64,000 bases of DNA, taken from positions 748,062 to 812,061 of the forward strand of contig NW_003314348.1 of assembly GCF_000143415.4 (NCBI RefSeq), read 5' to 3'. The notes below the pieces were generated by a model. The model made no database searches and was not told the origin of the DNA. It was given only the letters and a program-made list of their open reading frames with translations. A program made the position numbers and the translations under genes. Of the stretch, positions 36,487 through 49,035 are shown in pieces (position 1 is the first letter of the stretch; every line of letters begins with the position of its first letter). Source of the DNA: Selaginella moellendorffii. Lineage: Eukaryota; Plantae; Lycopodiophyta.

Positions 36487-38894
36487 CTAGACTGTGGTGT
36501 AGCGAATCTTATCCATCTTCCACACAGCCAAGTGTGTTGCCTTGACTGGAAGACTTCCATTGTTGAACACGAACATATGAGCGTTGTTGTCACTCCCGAG
36601 AAGAGGATAGGATCGAGCAGTGATGCATGTCCGGCCGCCTTGAGCAAACGTTTCGACGATGGAATGATCCACCTGAGCCAAAAGTTTTTAGCATATTGTC
36701 TCGAGGAACTCTTCACCGACTTACCAAGATTCTCATTGTCAAAGCCTGACGATTCTTGTAGCTCGAGAGGCTTACTAGTCCACCGTAGACGCCTTTTGTA
36801 GCATCGGATGCCAGGGAAGAGCTGCAAGCACAAACAAGTTTTAAGAAGATTCGATGATTTTACAAGAGAACGAGAACCAACCTTGTGAGATCGTTGCAAA
36901 CCATAGTTTTCCAGGAACCTTTGAACTTGAGGAACTTAAAGAACACGGAAGTTCTCTCGCGTAGATCCTCCGACGCAAGGACGTGGACTCCGAACGGGCC
37001 GATTATCTGCTCGGCCTCTGGAAAGCTGCCATTGCAGTATATGAGGGTGTTGTTTGGAATTCCCTCGACTCTGGACGATTCAAAGTTAAATTCATCGTTC
37101 TCATCGTTGGCGTGAGCCTTTGGGATTTGAAAAGTCACCTCGATATCGAGCTGCAAGGACAAAGAAAGCCATTCAGCTTGGAAAGAGAAAGAGAGAACAA
37201 GTGTGTGGTACCTGCGATCCTTGAGAGCCATTTACTTTGAAAACTTCTCCCTGCTTCAAGAGCAAATCTGTATGACGAATTGGATGCTTTCTTAGAGAAT
37301 TGATCTCTGGCACGGGCCACTGCCGAAGGGAATGCTGGTTTTCGTCGAGCCATACAACTCTGGGAATTGCCTGTTCACAAGGACGACGAATTCTCAGCTA
37401 AAGCTTTGAAACGAAGCTAGCACACAAGCACAAAGGAGAACGCAGCGAGAACAACAAATGCGTGAATGAAAAACACTAAGCATGCAGTGAAGCCAAGGAA
37501 ACGATCGAAACAAATGAAGACCAAATGCTTAAGTAACCTTAAGTAACGCATACGTACCTGGACAGAAGCCCATCCCTTGCGAATGTCCGACGTGGGCTTG
37601 TCGGCCTCGTTGATCCATCCCAGCAAAACTCTCCTCTTCTTGTGAGGATCATAGAACGACTTGGACGCGTAGTAAATCCCATAGTCATAGCGCAGCGCCG
37701 TTCCAATATCGAGCGCCTCGAAGCTGGGCAAGAACTTCTCCGACGCCGGGTCGTAATCGCCCACCACATACGTGTCAAATCGCGTCTCATCCAGGCTGAC
37801 CTTGATCACGAACTTCTGGATCGCATTCTCCTCGCCAAGATAGTTCTCCGAGCCCTGCTGGCCATGGACCGCAACCGGGAAGAAATCCGGGCACTCCCAC
37901 ATCCCCGTCCCATTCACCGCGTGGAGCGATTCATCCAGGAGCTCCCATTTCGCGAAATCCTTGCTGCGGTACTGCAGGATGATCCCTGTGTCGTTGGCGC
38001 GATACTTGGATCCCACTGCAGTGCGCCATAGCCCATCTTGCCCAATCCACGCCGTCGTCGGGTCCCGGAAATCGCTGGTATTGATCCCCGGCGGCGGCAC
38101 CGCGAAAGGATTCTCCGCGTCGACTTTGATCCATTCGCGCAGTAGCGGATCGGAGGAGTTCTTGGGCACAGCCTGGTCGAAATCAAAGAAGAAATGTCGA
38201 GCTCAAGAACCCTAGAAACGGAGGACATGGGAGGAGAAGACCTTGTTTTGGACTTGCGTGGAGGAATTCGTCCATCCAGTGTAGAGAAGAATGGGCTCGC
38301 CATTGACGATCGTCGCGGATCCCGACCACACGCCCTTGATGTCATACCATCGATCTGGCACGAGAGCTAGCTCCTTCACGTACTTCCAGTGGATTAGATC
38401 CGTGGAGACGGCGTGGCCCCAAGTGATGTTCCCCCACACGGCAGCGTAGGGGTTCCATTGATAGAAGAGATGATACACGCCTTTGTAAAACAGGGGACCT
38501 GGAAGAGCGGGGCAAAGAAACGCGTCAATCCATCGATTCCCGCTGCTGTCTCGATCGAAACTTGGGACAGAGGCTCACCATTTGGATCTGATCCAGGCCA
38601 CCGATGCGCAGACGAGGATTCGGGCGAGATTCGGATTAGATTTCAGGATAAAAACGAAGATAAAAACAGAGCTCTTATTTTTTAAATACCGTTCATCCAG
38701 TTCTTCACTGGCTGGAAGTGGAATCCCGTGCGCTGCCATTCCCAATCGAGATCGTTCCTCTGTGAATCCGGGGATTGATCGATCGCCGCGAGCGTCTGCA
38801 CGTCGTATCGATCGGGGAGGGACAGAATCGAAGGGAGAAGGGCGAAGAACAGCAAGGAAAAGGAGAACAAGGAGGAGGAGGGAAGAGGAGCCAT
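36487..38894 (-). CDS. Second GH32 acid invertase with a 9-nt mini-exon
   Basis: Signal peptide, [18 protein letters not shown] (mini-exon 38579-38587), [45 protein letters not shown]. Confidence 0.93.
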
Positions 38895-39075
38895 GGGCGC
38901 GAGGGAAAGAACAAGTGAAGATTGCGGTCCTTAAAACACCTCCATTGCTGAAATTAGAGGCCCTCTTTTTCCTCGCGCGCATCGAAGTCAGCACTTCCGG
39001 CGAAAAAAAGCTCTGGTCCCCGTTCGATGCCCAGAATATCCGCTTCCGAGATTTGGCGCCAGGGAAGAAACGCGG

Positions 39076-39092
39076 ACGTGGCGACACGTGTC
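39076..39092. promoter_or_regulatory. Tandem ABRE/G-box pair upstream of the second invertase
   Basis: ACGTGGC (39076-39082) abutting the palindrome GACACGTGTC (39083-39092), about 180 bp upstream of the ATG. Confidence 0.45.
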
Positions 39093-39693
39093 AAGGGCGA
39101 TGATCCGTGTTATGACCAGTGTGTGTTCGTGGTACTTTGAAAGCGGAAAAAAATTTCCCAACTACTTTTTTTTCCAGGAACGTTGTCTGGATGTCTGGAG
39201 CCGACTGCAAAAAACAATGCGCAAGAAATTCGAGGGAGTGAAACGTTTTAATTTTGTTTGGCGCTGAGCTGCGCAAAATGCCGAGATTTTGCTGCCACGA
39301 CAATGAATGAGTTTGTATGTTTTGAACGAAGGAATCAAAGGCACGAGCTCAACAGTCAACAGGTCACGATCTCAGCGATGGAAAATGGATGAAACTGCAA
39401 AGGTTTACTTTGTCAATACTTACTCGAGTCGTTCGTCTTGACTCGATCAATCAAAGACCTCTTTCTCTTCTCCTGCCCCCGTGACAAGCAAAAATATGGA
39501 AGTGTACCTCACTTCTTTGTGAAGAAACGTTTGTTTTCATCCCTCCAGGGTGTTTTCGAGGTGGAGCCTGCTCGTGCTCCATGTTTTTCCAAATCCAGAA
39601 ATCGTGGTTTGCATCATCTTCCAGATTTCTAGCTCTTCGCAATGCTGAGTCGCATCCATAGAGATTGCGTGAAGAAAAAACCATTATACCAAG

Positions 39694-41643
39694 TCAGAGC
39701 GTCGCGGAATAACTGCAGAAACGAACAAGCAATCCGTCAGTCAGAACGTTTCGAAGCTCTGAAACATACCTTTTCGCTGTCGACAACAAGACGTATGGAG
39801 CTGCGTCGTTTGGATCCAGCGTGCTCGCATTCCCCGCGGCGCTCTCCACAAGCTTCTCGGCATCACGCTGGACGTTGGAAACCCCCAGCAGCGCGTTCCA
39901 GCTCGTAGAGTCGGGCAGAAACGGCATGGTGTCAATGAGATCAACCGCGTCCTTGAGCTGCCCCGATCGCCCAAGCATGTCCACCATGCACCTGTAGTGC
40001 TCCGAGCTCGGCCGCAAGCCATGGTCGCTAACCATGCTGCTAAAGCACTCCAAGCCTTTGGCAACCAAGCCCGCGTGGGCACACGCCGTGAGGATGCACA
40101 GCATCGTTCCCTCGTAAGGCCGAGTCCCTTCCAAGGCCATCACCTTGAGCAGCTCAAACGCGTCGACGCAGTGGCCATTCTGAGCGTAGGCGGAGATCAT
40201 CGTGTCCCAGGCGATCGCGTCACGGTATGGGACTTGATCAAACATCTCCTGGGCTTCGAAGACCCGGCCGTTTTGCACGAAGGACGCCATCATCGCCGTC
40301 CACGAGATGAGGCACCAGTGAGAAAGCTTGAAGAACACGTCCCGCGCGTCTTGGATATACCCGTTTCGAGCATAGGCCGTGAAGAGCGTCGTCCATGACA
40401 CCTGTGTTCTCTGCGGCATTGCATCGAACAAGCTCCGGCACTGCTCCAAATCTTCTCTAGAGTTGTGCGCAGCCAGCATGGTGTTCCAGGAGATCACGTT
40501 TCTGCACGGCATCCTCTCGAACACGAGCTTTGCTAGATCCAAGTCTCTGTTTTGGACGAGCCCCTGAACCATTCCCGTCCAGACTATGACATGCTTCCCG
40601 GGCATCTGGTGGAACAAGCTCTTGGCCGTCTCCAAATCGCCAGCCACCATTGCTGCATGGATCAGTGACGGCCAAGACGAGTCATCCGTGCTTGGAATCC
40701 TGGAAAACACCTCCGTCGCCTCCTTCAAGCAGCCGAGCTGAGCGAAGCCTGCAATGATCGAGTTCCAGCACAGGACACTTCTCTCTGGCACCCAGTCGAA
40801 GAGCTTCTTCGCGTCGAGCATCTGACCGAATTGGGCATACGCTGTGATCATCACGTTCCACGCCACGCGATTGTGCTTCGCCATCCTCTTCACAAATTTC
40901 TTTGCCTTCGTGAAATCCCCGCTCGCTGCGTAAGCGTGTAGCATTGTCGTCCACGAGACTGGATCTCTTTCGCCCATGATCTCGAAGAAATGCTGCGCGT
41001 CTCGCAAATTCCCTTCCCGGGAATACCCGAAGATCATCACGTTCCAGGAGACCAAGCTCTTCTGCCGCATTCGATTGAAGAGATTCCTTGCCGCTAGCAT
41101 CCGCCCGCTGCGCGCGTAGGCCGAGAGCATCGAATTCACCGACACGACGCTCCACTTCGCCATATGCTGGAGCACAGCGCTCGCCTCCTCAAGAAACCCT
41201 CCCTGGGCATAAGCCGCGATCAAAATATTCCAAGAGATCACATCCCTCCTGTCGATCGCGTCGAAGACCTGCTTCGCCGATGCGGCGCTGCCGCACTTCC
41301 CATACATCCCCACAATGTGATCCGAGAGATACTTCGATCGCGAGTACCTGCTGTCGAGAACCTGTGCTTGGATCGCTCTCCCCAGCTCCAGATCCCCGGA
41401 AAGCCCCGAGGATCGGAGAACCGATGCGTAATCCCGCGGCTGGAGCGACTCCTCGATCTCCTTGGCCCTGGCCGCCGCCTGGATTCGCCGATCTTCCAGC
41501 ACGGTGGCCGCTAGCGCCCCCCATGGATTGGGACTAGGAAATGTGAGAACTAGCCAATGGAGATAGCGATCGGGCAGCGGCGTCAAGACGTTCTTGTCGA
41601 TTTGCCGCTGTAGCTTGCGAAGAACTAGGTCACGAAGTTTCAT
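39694..41643 (-). CDS. PLS/E-class pentatricopeptide repeat protein (no DYW), intronless
   Basis: MYGKCGS...VISWN repeats; ACAHAGLV..G; HYRCMVDMLGRSGQL; MPFLPD..SWNALLG; APYVLLS. Confidence 0.92.
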   Translation of the reverse strand: MKLRDLVLRKLQRQIDKNVLTPLPDRYLHWLVLTFPSPNPWGALAATVLEDRRIQAAARAKEIEESLQPRDYASVLRSSGLSGDLELGRAIQAQVLDSRYSRSKYLSDHIVGMYGKCGSAASAKQVFDAIDRRDVISWNILIAAYAQGGFLEEASAVLQHMAKWSVVSVNSMLSAYARSGRMLAARNLFNRMRQKSLVSWNVMIFGYSREGNLRDAQHFFEIMGERDPVSWTTMLHAYAASGDFTKAKKFVKRMAKHNRVAWNVMITAYAQFGQMLDAKKLFDWVPERSVLCWNSIIAGFAQLGCLKEATEVFSRIPSTDDSSWPSLIHAAMVAGDLETAKSLFHQMPGKHVIVWTGMVQGLVQNRDLDLAKLVFERMPCRNVISWNTMLAAHNSREDLEQCRSLFDAMPQRTQVSWTTLFTAYARNGYIQDARDVFFKLSHWCLISWTAMMASFVQNGRVFEAQEMFDQVPYRDAIAWDTMISAYAQNGHCVDAFELLKVMALEGTRPYEGTMLCILTACAHAGLVAKGLECFSSMVSDHGLRPSSEHYRCMVDMLGRSGQLKDAVDLIDTMPFLPDSTSWNALLGVSNVQRDAEKLVESAAGNASTLDPNDAAPYVLLSTAKRYVSELRNVLTDGLLVRFCSYSATL

Positions 41644-41813
41644 CAAGAGAAGGAGGGGTATATAATAGATACTCTAAGTATATTCTTGCTCATAATAGTA
41701 ACTAATATTAATTAATCAGTATTAAGGAAAAGCGCGGATTGGATAGATTCCACGTGTTGTTCTTTCCTTCTTTAACCAACCGTTCGTTTGCCCGGGAGCC
41801 CTAAAGCGCGGCG

Positions 41814-44800
41814 ATGGCGCTGGGCGGCCTGGGCAGCGAGGTAGCGTCGCATTCGCTGTGTAGATCGATATTCTCAGGGATTTTGCTGATAGATATTCTC
41901 CTCGCGATCCAGCTGAAAATGATCGACAAGGAGGTTCTGGGGGGGATTATTGTGTGGCTGTTCTTGTTCCTTCGATTCGAGGTGAAATAGCGGGTTTGAT
42001 AGCTTCATCGCGATGGCGGGGAATGATCTTGGTGGTAGACGAGCGCACCCAGCACGATCAGTGAGCCGGCTGCGCAGCACGCTTCTTCTAAGGAGAAGCG
42101 TTCACAGGAACCAGAAATTCGTGGCTATACACGAGGAGATGTCCGAGTGCTCGAGCGCTGAGGAGGAATCGGATGAATCGGTTGGATCCGGGGGGGAGGA
42201 TATGCCTACTCCAGATTCTGTGGAGCCGAGAGGATTTAAATCCACACCACAGTTCCAGGCCAGAGAATCGGACTCGACTTTATCATCAAAGACGTCGGCC
42301 GACACTTGCGGTGACGAGCCGAGCACGAGTAGGCACAAAAAACCTTCGAGTTTTCACGGGATAGATATGGCCAAGGGCTCTGATGACGATGACGACGAAG
42401 AATCGGACGAGGAGGAGGCAGTGATCGATGCGGTGCTTGCGTTCCAAAGGTGGCGACAGCACAACCTTAAAGTATGGACGCTCTACGCTTTTCTATGTGA
42501 GCGAGATTTCTTTTAAGTCTGAAACTGGATGGCTTATGTGAACAGCGATCGTTCAGTCACGAGCTCAAGAAGGTTTTGGAGGAGGCTCGCCGTGACGAGG
42601 CTTCTCTCACGTCCATGCAACGTGAGCTCATGAAGAAAGACGTTAACCTTGTGAGGGCACAGGCGGAGACTGCACAACTTCGAGCACATATCTCGGCCAT
42701 AGAGGACGCAGTGCAGTCTAGTAGCTACGTAAGTTTGTCTTCCTTTTGTGTCTTTTTATTTCATGACCAAGTCTTACTTCTCTCAGAATGAAGAAGCGAA
42801 AAAAGAGGTTCAGAAAGCTCAAGAGAGAGCACTTGCAGCAGAGGAGGAGGTGCACCGACGGGATAGAGAGATTAATCGTTTGAGGCAGCGGCTCAAGTGT
42901 ATAGAAAGCGAGAAGACACGGGTAGATGAGAACTTGAAAGCCAATCTGGCAATGCTACAGCAAGACAAAGTTGGGGTGCTTAAAGAGAATCGCATCATAC
43001 TTGACCAGGTAAATGCTTTTTACGTAGATTTTGCTCGTCTTGTAATCTTTTTGTTCTGGTGTTTTTCAGCTTGCACGCAAAGATCAAGAGCTAACGCACA
43101 AGCTGGATGACATTAAAAAGCTTCAAGCAACAATCGCATCTATGGCAGATTATTATAACCAGTATAAGACGGAGCATGAAGCAGCATATGCATCCCTACA
43201 AGATAAGCTTGCACAGGAAGGAGATGCAAAAGCTACAATGAAGGTCAGTTTTTGTCTTTAACGATTTTCAATCGGTTGTTAAGAAACTTTGCATGCCAGA
43301 GAGAAGCGGAGGATTTGACAAGGAAATGCGAGTTGCTTGAGAAAGAAAAAGAATGCCTAAATGTTCAGGTCGAGAAAATGCTTGAGAAGATGAATTCGGC
43401 AACTTTGCACGACAGTGTAAGCGATGTTTCCAAATGCTCGCAAGTCTGTGACATAAGATTCTGTGTGTCAGGCACAGTGCTCTTCAGAGTCTCAATCAAG
43501 GACGTCTGAAGCCATTGCAGCTGGTATTCTTGAACACCTACGAATACTGACGAACCACATGATAAAACTGGAGGCTTCTTTTGGCAGACACACTAGAGGG
43601 CCGGGGTTGTACAGTTCTTTGCACAAGATCGACGTTAACTTGGAGCTAGCGTTGAAGTCTTTTAGACGTAGCAGTGGTAAGGCCGGGGGTATTGGAGGGA
43701 AGCTTCAGCAGCTTCCGGAAATACAGGAGCGGCCACAGCCACGGGACGAGGATTCATCGGCAAGATCTCATTGCGTGCTGAATCAGACAGTTCAAACAGA
43801 TGGCGAGCTGTCCAAGTTTCTGGAATGGCTTGATAAGCCGGAGGAGAAGTATCTGTGCGTCAGAGATGCGAAGACACAGACATCAGGTGCAGGATCATCA
43901 CAGTTGCAGCTGTGTTCTCGGAGCGGAGTAGAAGAAGAGGCTAGATGGCTTGCATGGAAGTGGAGGTGGCTAAGTACGGCTTTAAAAGCAAAGCTCCTCT
44001 CCAAGCAGCTGAGATATTCAAGACCGGCGACCACCGGTAAGGTCCAGGCGCACGGTGGCAAGTCGTGCTTGAAGGATAGGCAGGGCAGCATCCTGGGAAC
44101 GATGGAAAGGGAGCTCAGAGTAGTGATGGGAGAGAGCATCGTTCGGATGTTCCTTCAACTCTGGAGAACGTATCGGAGGAGTCCAAAGGCCGAAAGAAAG
44201 GCTCTGTCCAAGGACTTGCCTTTGGACAAGGTGGTGGCGGTGTTTCCCTGGTGGATACGGAGGGTGGGAGAGAAGAGACGCTTGGAACGCTCGTTCTGCC
44301 AATGGTACTACTTGGCTTCCTGTTCAGTGAAGAGGCAAAGCTACCACATGGAGGAGTTTTACTTTCATCCGCACTCCTGCTATTCACGTCCCTCGGCGGC
44401 GGATGAGTATCTTTCAGTGAGGCGGAAGGTACCGAAATTCAAGTACCAGGACAACAGCTCGGACGGAAATGCTCCTCAACAAGGACTGGTCGTTCGGAAA
44501 AAGGAGCTTGACGTGGAGAGAGGCGGCCTTGATCTGGCTAAACCCGACAAGCGACAACTCATGTTAACATCTACACACTACACAGGATCAACTTTTACTG
44601 CTCGAGCTTTACGAACTCTACAGGTATGTGGACAACAACACTGTGCTATTGCCGGCCATTTTCGCTTAAAAAATGAAAGCTCATTCTTTGCTTGCAGGTG
44701 TCCCTCCAACAAGAGTTCCAAGACCTCCAGCAGCTACTGGCCAAGGAAATGGAAGCAAGCCAGGTAACATAGAGCACTCTATATGTTTTCACTTTAGTTT

Positions 44801-45391
44801 GACCGTGGCAAAAACACGTCACAGGTGTCGACTGGGCACCTCGACAACGAGAAGTCCACCCAGAGGAGGCGTATGACGTTCCTGTGGGAAGTTTGCAACA
44901 ATCTGGCCAACGCTCTCATGGACGCGCACAAGCAACTCGTGTCGCTGGACCGGGAGTTCAGCCTGCGCGTGTGCAATTACCTGGAGGTCTCGGCCAACTC
45001 AAACTGCGAGCCAAAGCAGGCGCCACAGAACAGCCCGCGCGGGATGAGAGGCGGCGGTGGTGGCGGCCCAGCAAAGAGCCCGACGTCGAGAGGCTTGCGA
45101 CCGACCGATCCAGTGCTGAGGTTCACGGACGATTATCCGGGAGCGCGAGCAGCCGAGAGGAAGGGCCGTCACTACGCTTCCCATGGCTGCGTGAGCGTGA
45201 GCACGACGAGGAAGCCGGGCGGATCGTCGTCGTCGAGGAAGAAGGCATGCATTGCTTCGCAGTGTGCGGCTATCTTGCAGTCCGAGGCGAGGAGGTATGG
45301 GCAGGATACGTTTGACAAAGGAACCATGGTGCAGGAGGAGTTTGTTCTGTCACCGCGTTTCACTGCGAGGAGACCACCTTGGACAAGATGA
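41814..45391 (+). CDS. Uncharacterised multi-exon coiled-coil protein
   Basis: Chain of + ORFs separated by short GT..AG introns: acidic N-terminus, heptad-rich E/K/Q middle exons, low-complexity C-terminus. Start (41814 or later) and exon joins are uncertain. Confidence 0.55.
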
Positions 45392-46799
45392 TGTTGTAAT
45401 TTAACTACTTTGATTTAAAAATCTTAATTTAAATCTAATACTATAAAACCACCACTTTGTTTTCTAAAGGGATTATGAATGGGAAAATGGATGGGAGGCG
45501 ACACATTATTGTTATTACTAGTTGCTAGCAATTTAAGTGTTGATTTCTAACAGCAACAACATTTCACTTCTTATGATATAGATAATAGGTCTTAGGGGTT
45601 TGATCTCATGGATAGTGGTGCTATGTTCATCTTATAAGTTCTGATTGTCTAGGGAAAAACATTTAAATTTCTTTGCAGATAACATACTCCTTTACAGCGT
45701 GTAGACACCCATTTGAAGCACATTTGTGAAGTTTGGCACAGGAAATATGGCATAAGTGACACCATGCAATTGGAAGCGCATCAACAATGCATACAGATGT
45801 TAAGGAATTCTATGATGCTACTAAGGAAAGACTACATCATCAATACATCAAGTGGCCCTCACTAGCAGTGGAGTTAAAAATATCCACATGTTGTTGGTAC
45901 TATCATTGCTTTAGCTACAAATGCTCAAGATCACTTCAATATACTGGTTTTATTTATGATTTTGCATCCACAGAGAAGCTTATTTGGGGTTACGAAGTTG
46001 GATGGGCAAGAAGTTTGCATAACTCAAACGTTTTTAACAACCTGCTAACTGAGACATCAAATCTGGCTTGCTTGGCCCAAGCTGGTTCGTGGTAGGGGTG
46101 CCTATTTCTTGCCGTTAGTTATTTTTAAAACATAGCAACAAGGACATGTTCTATAGTTTGGAGTTTTGGCTTTAAATTCAGATGTATTACTGATAAAAGA
46201 AAGGGCTTATATTTGTACAATTTTTGTTCAATAAAGAGGTGTTATTTAGTTTTTAATCTTTGGACAACTAGAAATCAACTGGCACAAAATTAAATGAGCA
46301 TGCAATAAATGTTATAGCACATCACTTGGTTTAAGGGCCTTGACAGGAGAATAGTTGCATCTTATTACCAACAGATATTGCACTCTTGAATTGAGCACTT
46401 TGGCATGATAGCTCACATATCACAATTGAGATGATGCAATTTCGCAAATTAGGGTGGAAACACTATCCATGACATTAGGCCATATCACTTGTGTATAATA
46501 TATAGGTATCATTCGAAAGTGGAGTCTCTTTCATGGTCCAATTGAGGAAACGTCTAACTCATTCAATTGACTTTTTTGTTTTACATATCCCAGGCTGGTT
46601 TAATTTCCAGCTGTCATGTCAACTCTTCCTCTAATCATGGATAGATAAATAGATAGATAACTAGATGTTTTGAGTCACCCCTGGTTAGACATGAGACTAT
46701 ACTAACTTTTCATTAATTTTATCCTCACACTTACTATATCTCTCTAAATGTTAAGTTCATTGTGTCAATTAAGGTGTTCTTCCATGGCTTTGAGAGCAT

Positions 46800-47560
46800 C
46801 TGAAAATGTCACAAGATTGCAAGGTGGGTGAAAGTTGAGTGTGGGGAAGTAAAGGTGTTGTTCTAGATATGTCAAACACTGGTAGATCACATGTCAGAGA
46901 TCTTTTTCAAGCCGGCAAAGTAGGCAGTCTCAATGCTCTCATGGAGTTAATGGTGACTTGAGCCAACTTGTCACAATATGTTCTGTAGCATAGGAAAATT
47001 CTACATGCGTTGGGACTGATGAAATGGTATAGTGGGAGTCCAGGTTGATGTGTAGCAAGTATTCTTGGAAAAGTGGTTTTGCATCAGCTTTTGCAAGCAA
47101 TCCTTTGAGAGCAAACTCAACCCATGCAAGAGGGACTGGTTGAATGAGGAGCACTTCCAAGTGAATTCCCATGCTGTTTAGTCCACCATCCAGTTTGGAG
47201 TTTGTTGGTGATGGAGTTGGCAATCACAATAACCACACATCGATCCGTAGTCTCATGTCTGGTTGTGAGAATAAATTGCATTGTTTCTTTCCAGGCTTAG
47301 ATCTCCACTAGGACTAGTCCTATCTCCATGCAAAAGATTCCATAAGGTGTCTTTTCCCATGTCCAAAAGTCATGATATCTCTAGCTGTGCTCAACATATT
47401 GCTAAAATGCATGGTCCCCATACTTCACATCCATATGTTGTGACCCACATATTGAAGTGTTGTTTCCTCGCAACCCAGCTATAGAGAGAGGCATTGTGTA
47501 GCAAGTGGAGAAGGACCACCTCCCCTTGTCATTACACAGCCAATGAAAAGCTATCTCCAC
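46800..47560 (-). mobile_element. Degenerate LINE 3' remnant
   Basis: Minus-strand VTTYGCEVWGP (~47413-47445) and CLLCRLEKDL*HVIYQC (~46877-46926), typical of LINE ORF2 post-RT and C-terminal CCHC regions. In-frame stops are present. Confidence 0.6.
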
Positions 47561-48016
47561 CAGAAGTTGTTACAAGACATTCTTTTGACAATCTTAATTA
47601 GGCTTTGCAATTTAGATGAGCCTTCTGCTAATCTTGTGTATGAACTTGGTGTATATTAATACCATGCTTACAAAGTGAAATGATATAGTTTGCATCAGAA
47701 ATGCCAGTAATAACAACATTAGAAACCAATCTATGTTTGAGTTTTAGAATATTAGTTGGGATTCAGTGATGAAACCTCCAAGGTTCCTCGAAGATCCTTT
47801 AGACAGTGTAGTACTCGTTTCTTTAGGATACAGGTTTAATGCCGGGTCTTTCATAGCAGCTAAGATATTTGCTTATCTTTTGTTTTCTTATTCTCGCAAT
47901 GCTGGCCAAAGAGAAGATCCCCACCTCATGCTCCTCGTAAAAAGAAGTTCAAAGATTCTCTTCCCAGGCCAAAAGCTTGGTCAAAAAGTTAAAAAGAGGA
48001 CAAAACAAACTAAAAG

Positions 48017-48087
48017 TGCACTGCCCGGGAATCGAACCCGGGTCTGTACCGTGGCAGGGTACTATTCTACCACTAGACCAGCAGTGC
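48017..48087 (-). tRNA. tRNA-Gly(GCC), cytosolic type
   Basis: GCACTGC TGGTCTAGTGGTAGAATAGTACCCT-GCC-ACGGTACAGACCCGGGTTCGATTCCCGG GCAGTGC A (71 nt), followed by TTTT. Confidence 0.95.
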
Positions 48088-49035
48088 CCCACACACGTGG
48101 AGTGAGTCCGAGTTTGAACACTAGTGTTAAGAAGCCAAGAAAATAAATGAAAAAATCAGAATCCAAACTCAGCAAGTAAAAGAATACAGGAAAAAAGAAA
48201 AGATGTTTGCGTAAGCGTAAGCGCGGGATTTGTTTTCTTGTTGTTGCTTGCCAGCTTTTGCCGAGATTCCTTCCTTGTAACAATGCATGATCGATTTTAA
48301 AGGAATACAGGATGGAAGTATACGTAGACACGTTGGGTCGCAAAACATATATATTATATAATTAAATCTTTTTGTGCCCAACTGAGAAGCGTCTCTAGGG
48401 CTTCTTGTGGAGCACGTGTGGGAGGGTGTGTAAAACGTTTTCTGGAATTTTGGAAAAGGGAAAGAAATTCCGTAATTCCCAGCTCTTTAATTTTTTAGTT
48501 TAAAAATATGGCCGCAAAAGGTAACGCGGGGATGGCTTATAAAAAGCCCTGGAGAGAATGAGACCTCTGACCAAAGGAAAGGGTTGTAAATTTCTCCTCG
48601 TCTCTCTCTCTCTAGTTCACTTACAAGCTGTTTGTTTGGACGTACGAACAAACAAAAAGAAAGGATCGCCACAGTGGGTGGTGGTGGATCGATCGAGTTG
48701 AAGGGGCAATTCCAGTCCAGAGGAGCCAATTGATCGCGACAGACGATCCAAAAATCCCGCGTTTACTCGCTTCGAAAGGAGAGCGACGAAGATCATCGCG
48801 TTAAGGGCGCCCAAGAGAAAAGGAGAAGGAAAAGAAATAAAAAGAGGAGAGGAGAGTGAAGAGCCCAAGAACAGGGGAGAATCACACGCGCGCGCGCGCT
48901 TTCTCTCTCTGTGATCTGGTCTTGAGCCTATTTCCGGGCCCTGCGAGAGGAATCTTCACAGATTTCTTGTCCTCCACTCCCCTGGCGGCGCCGATTTCTT
49001 CCTCCTCGCGATCCTCCTCATCTCCGCCAATTCGA

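Noticed and set aside
47900-48016. Possible tRNA-Gly-snoRNA dicistronic unit as in Arabidopsis
   Set aside because: An oligo-T terminator follows the tRNA immediately and no C-box (RTGATGA) is visible downstream.
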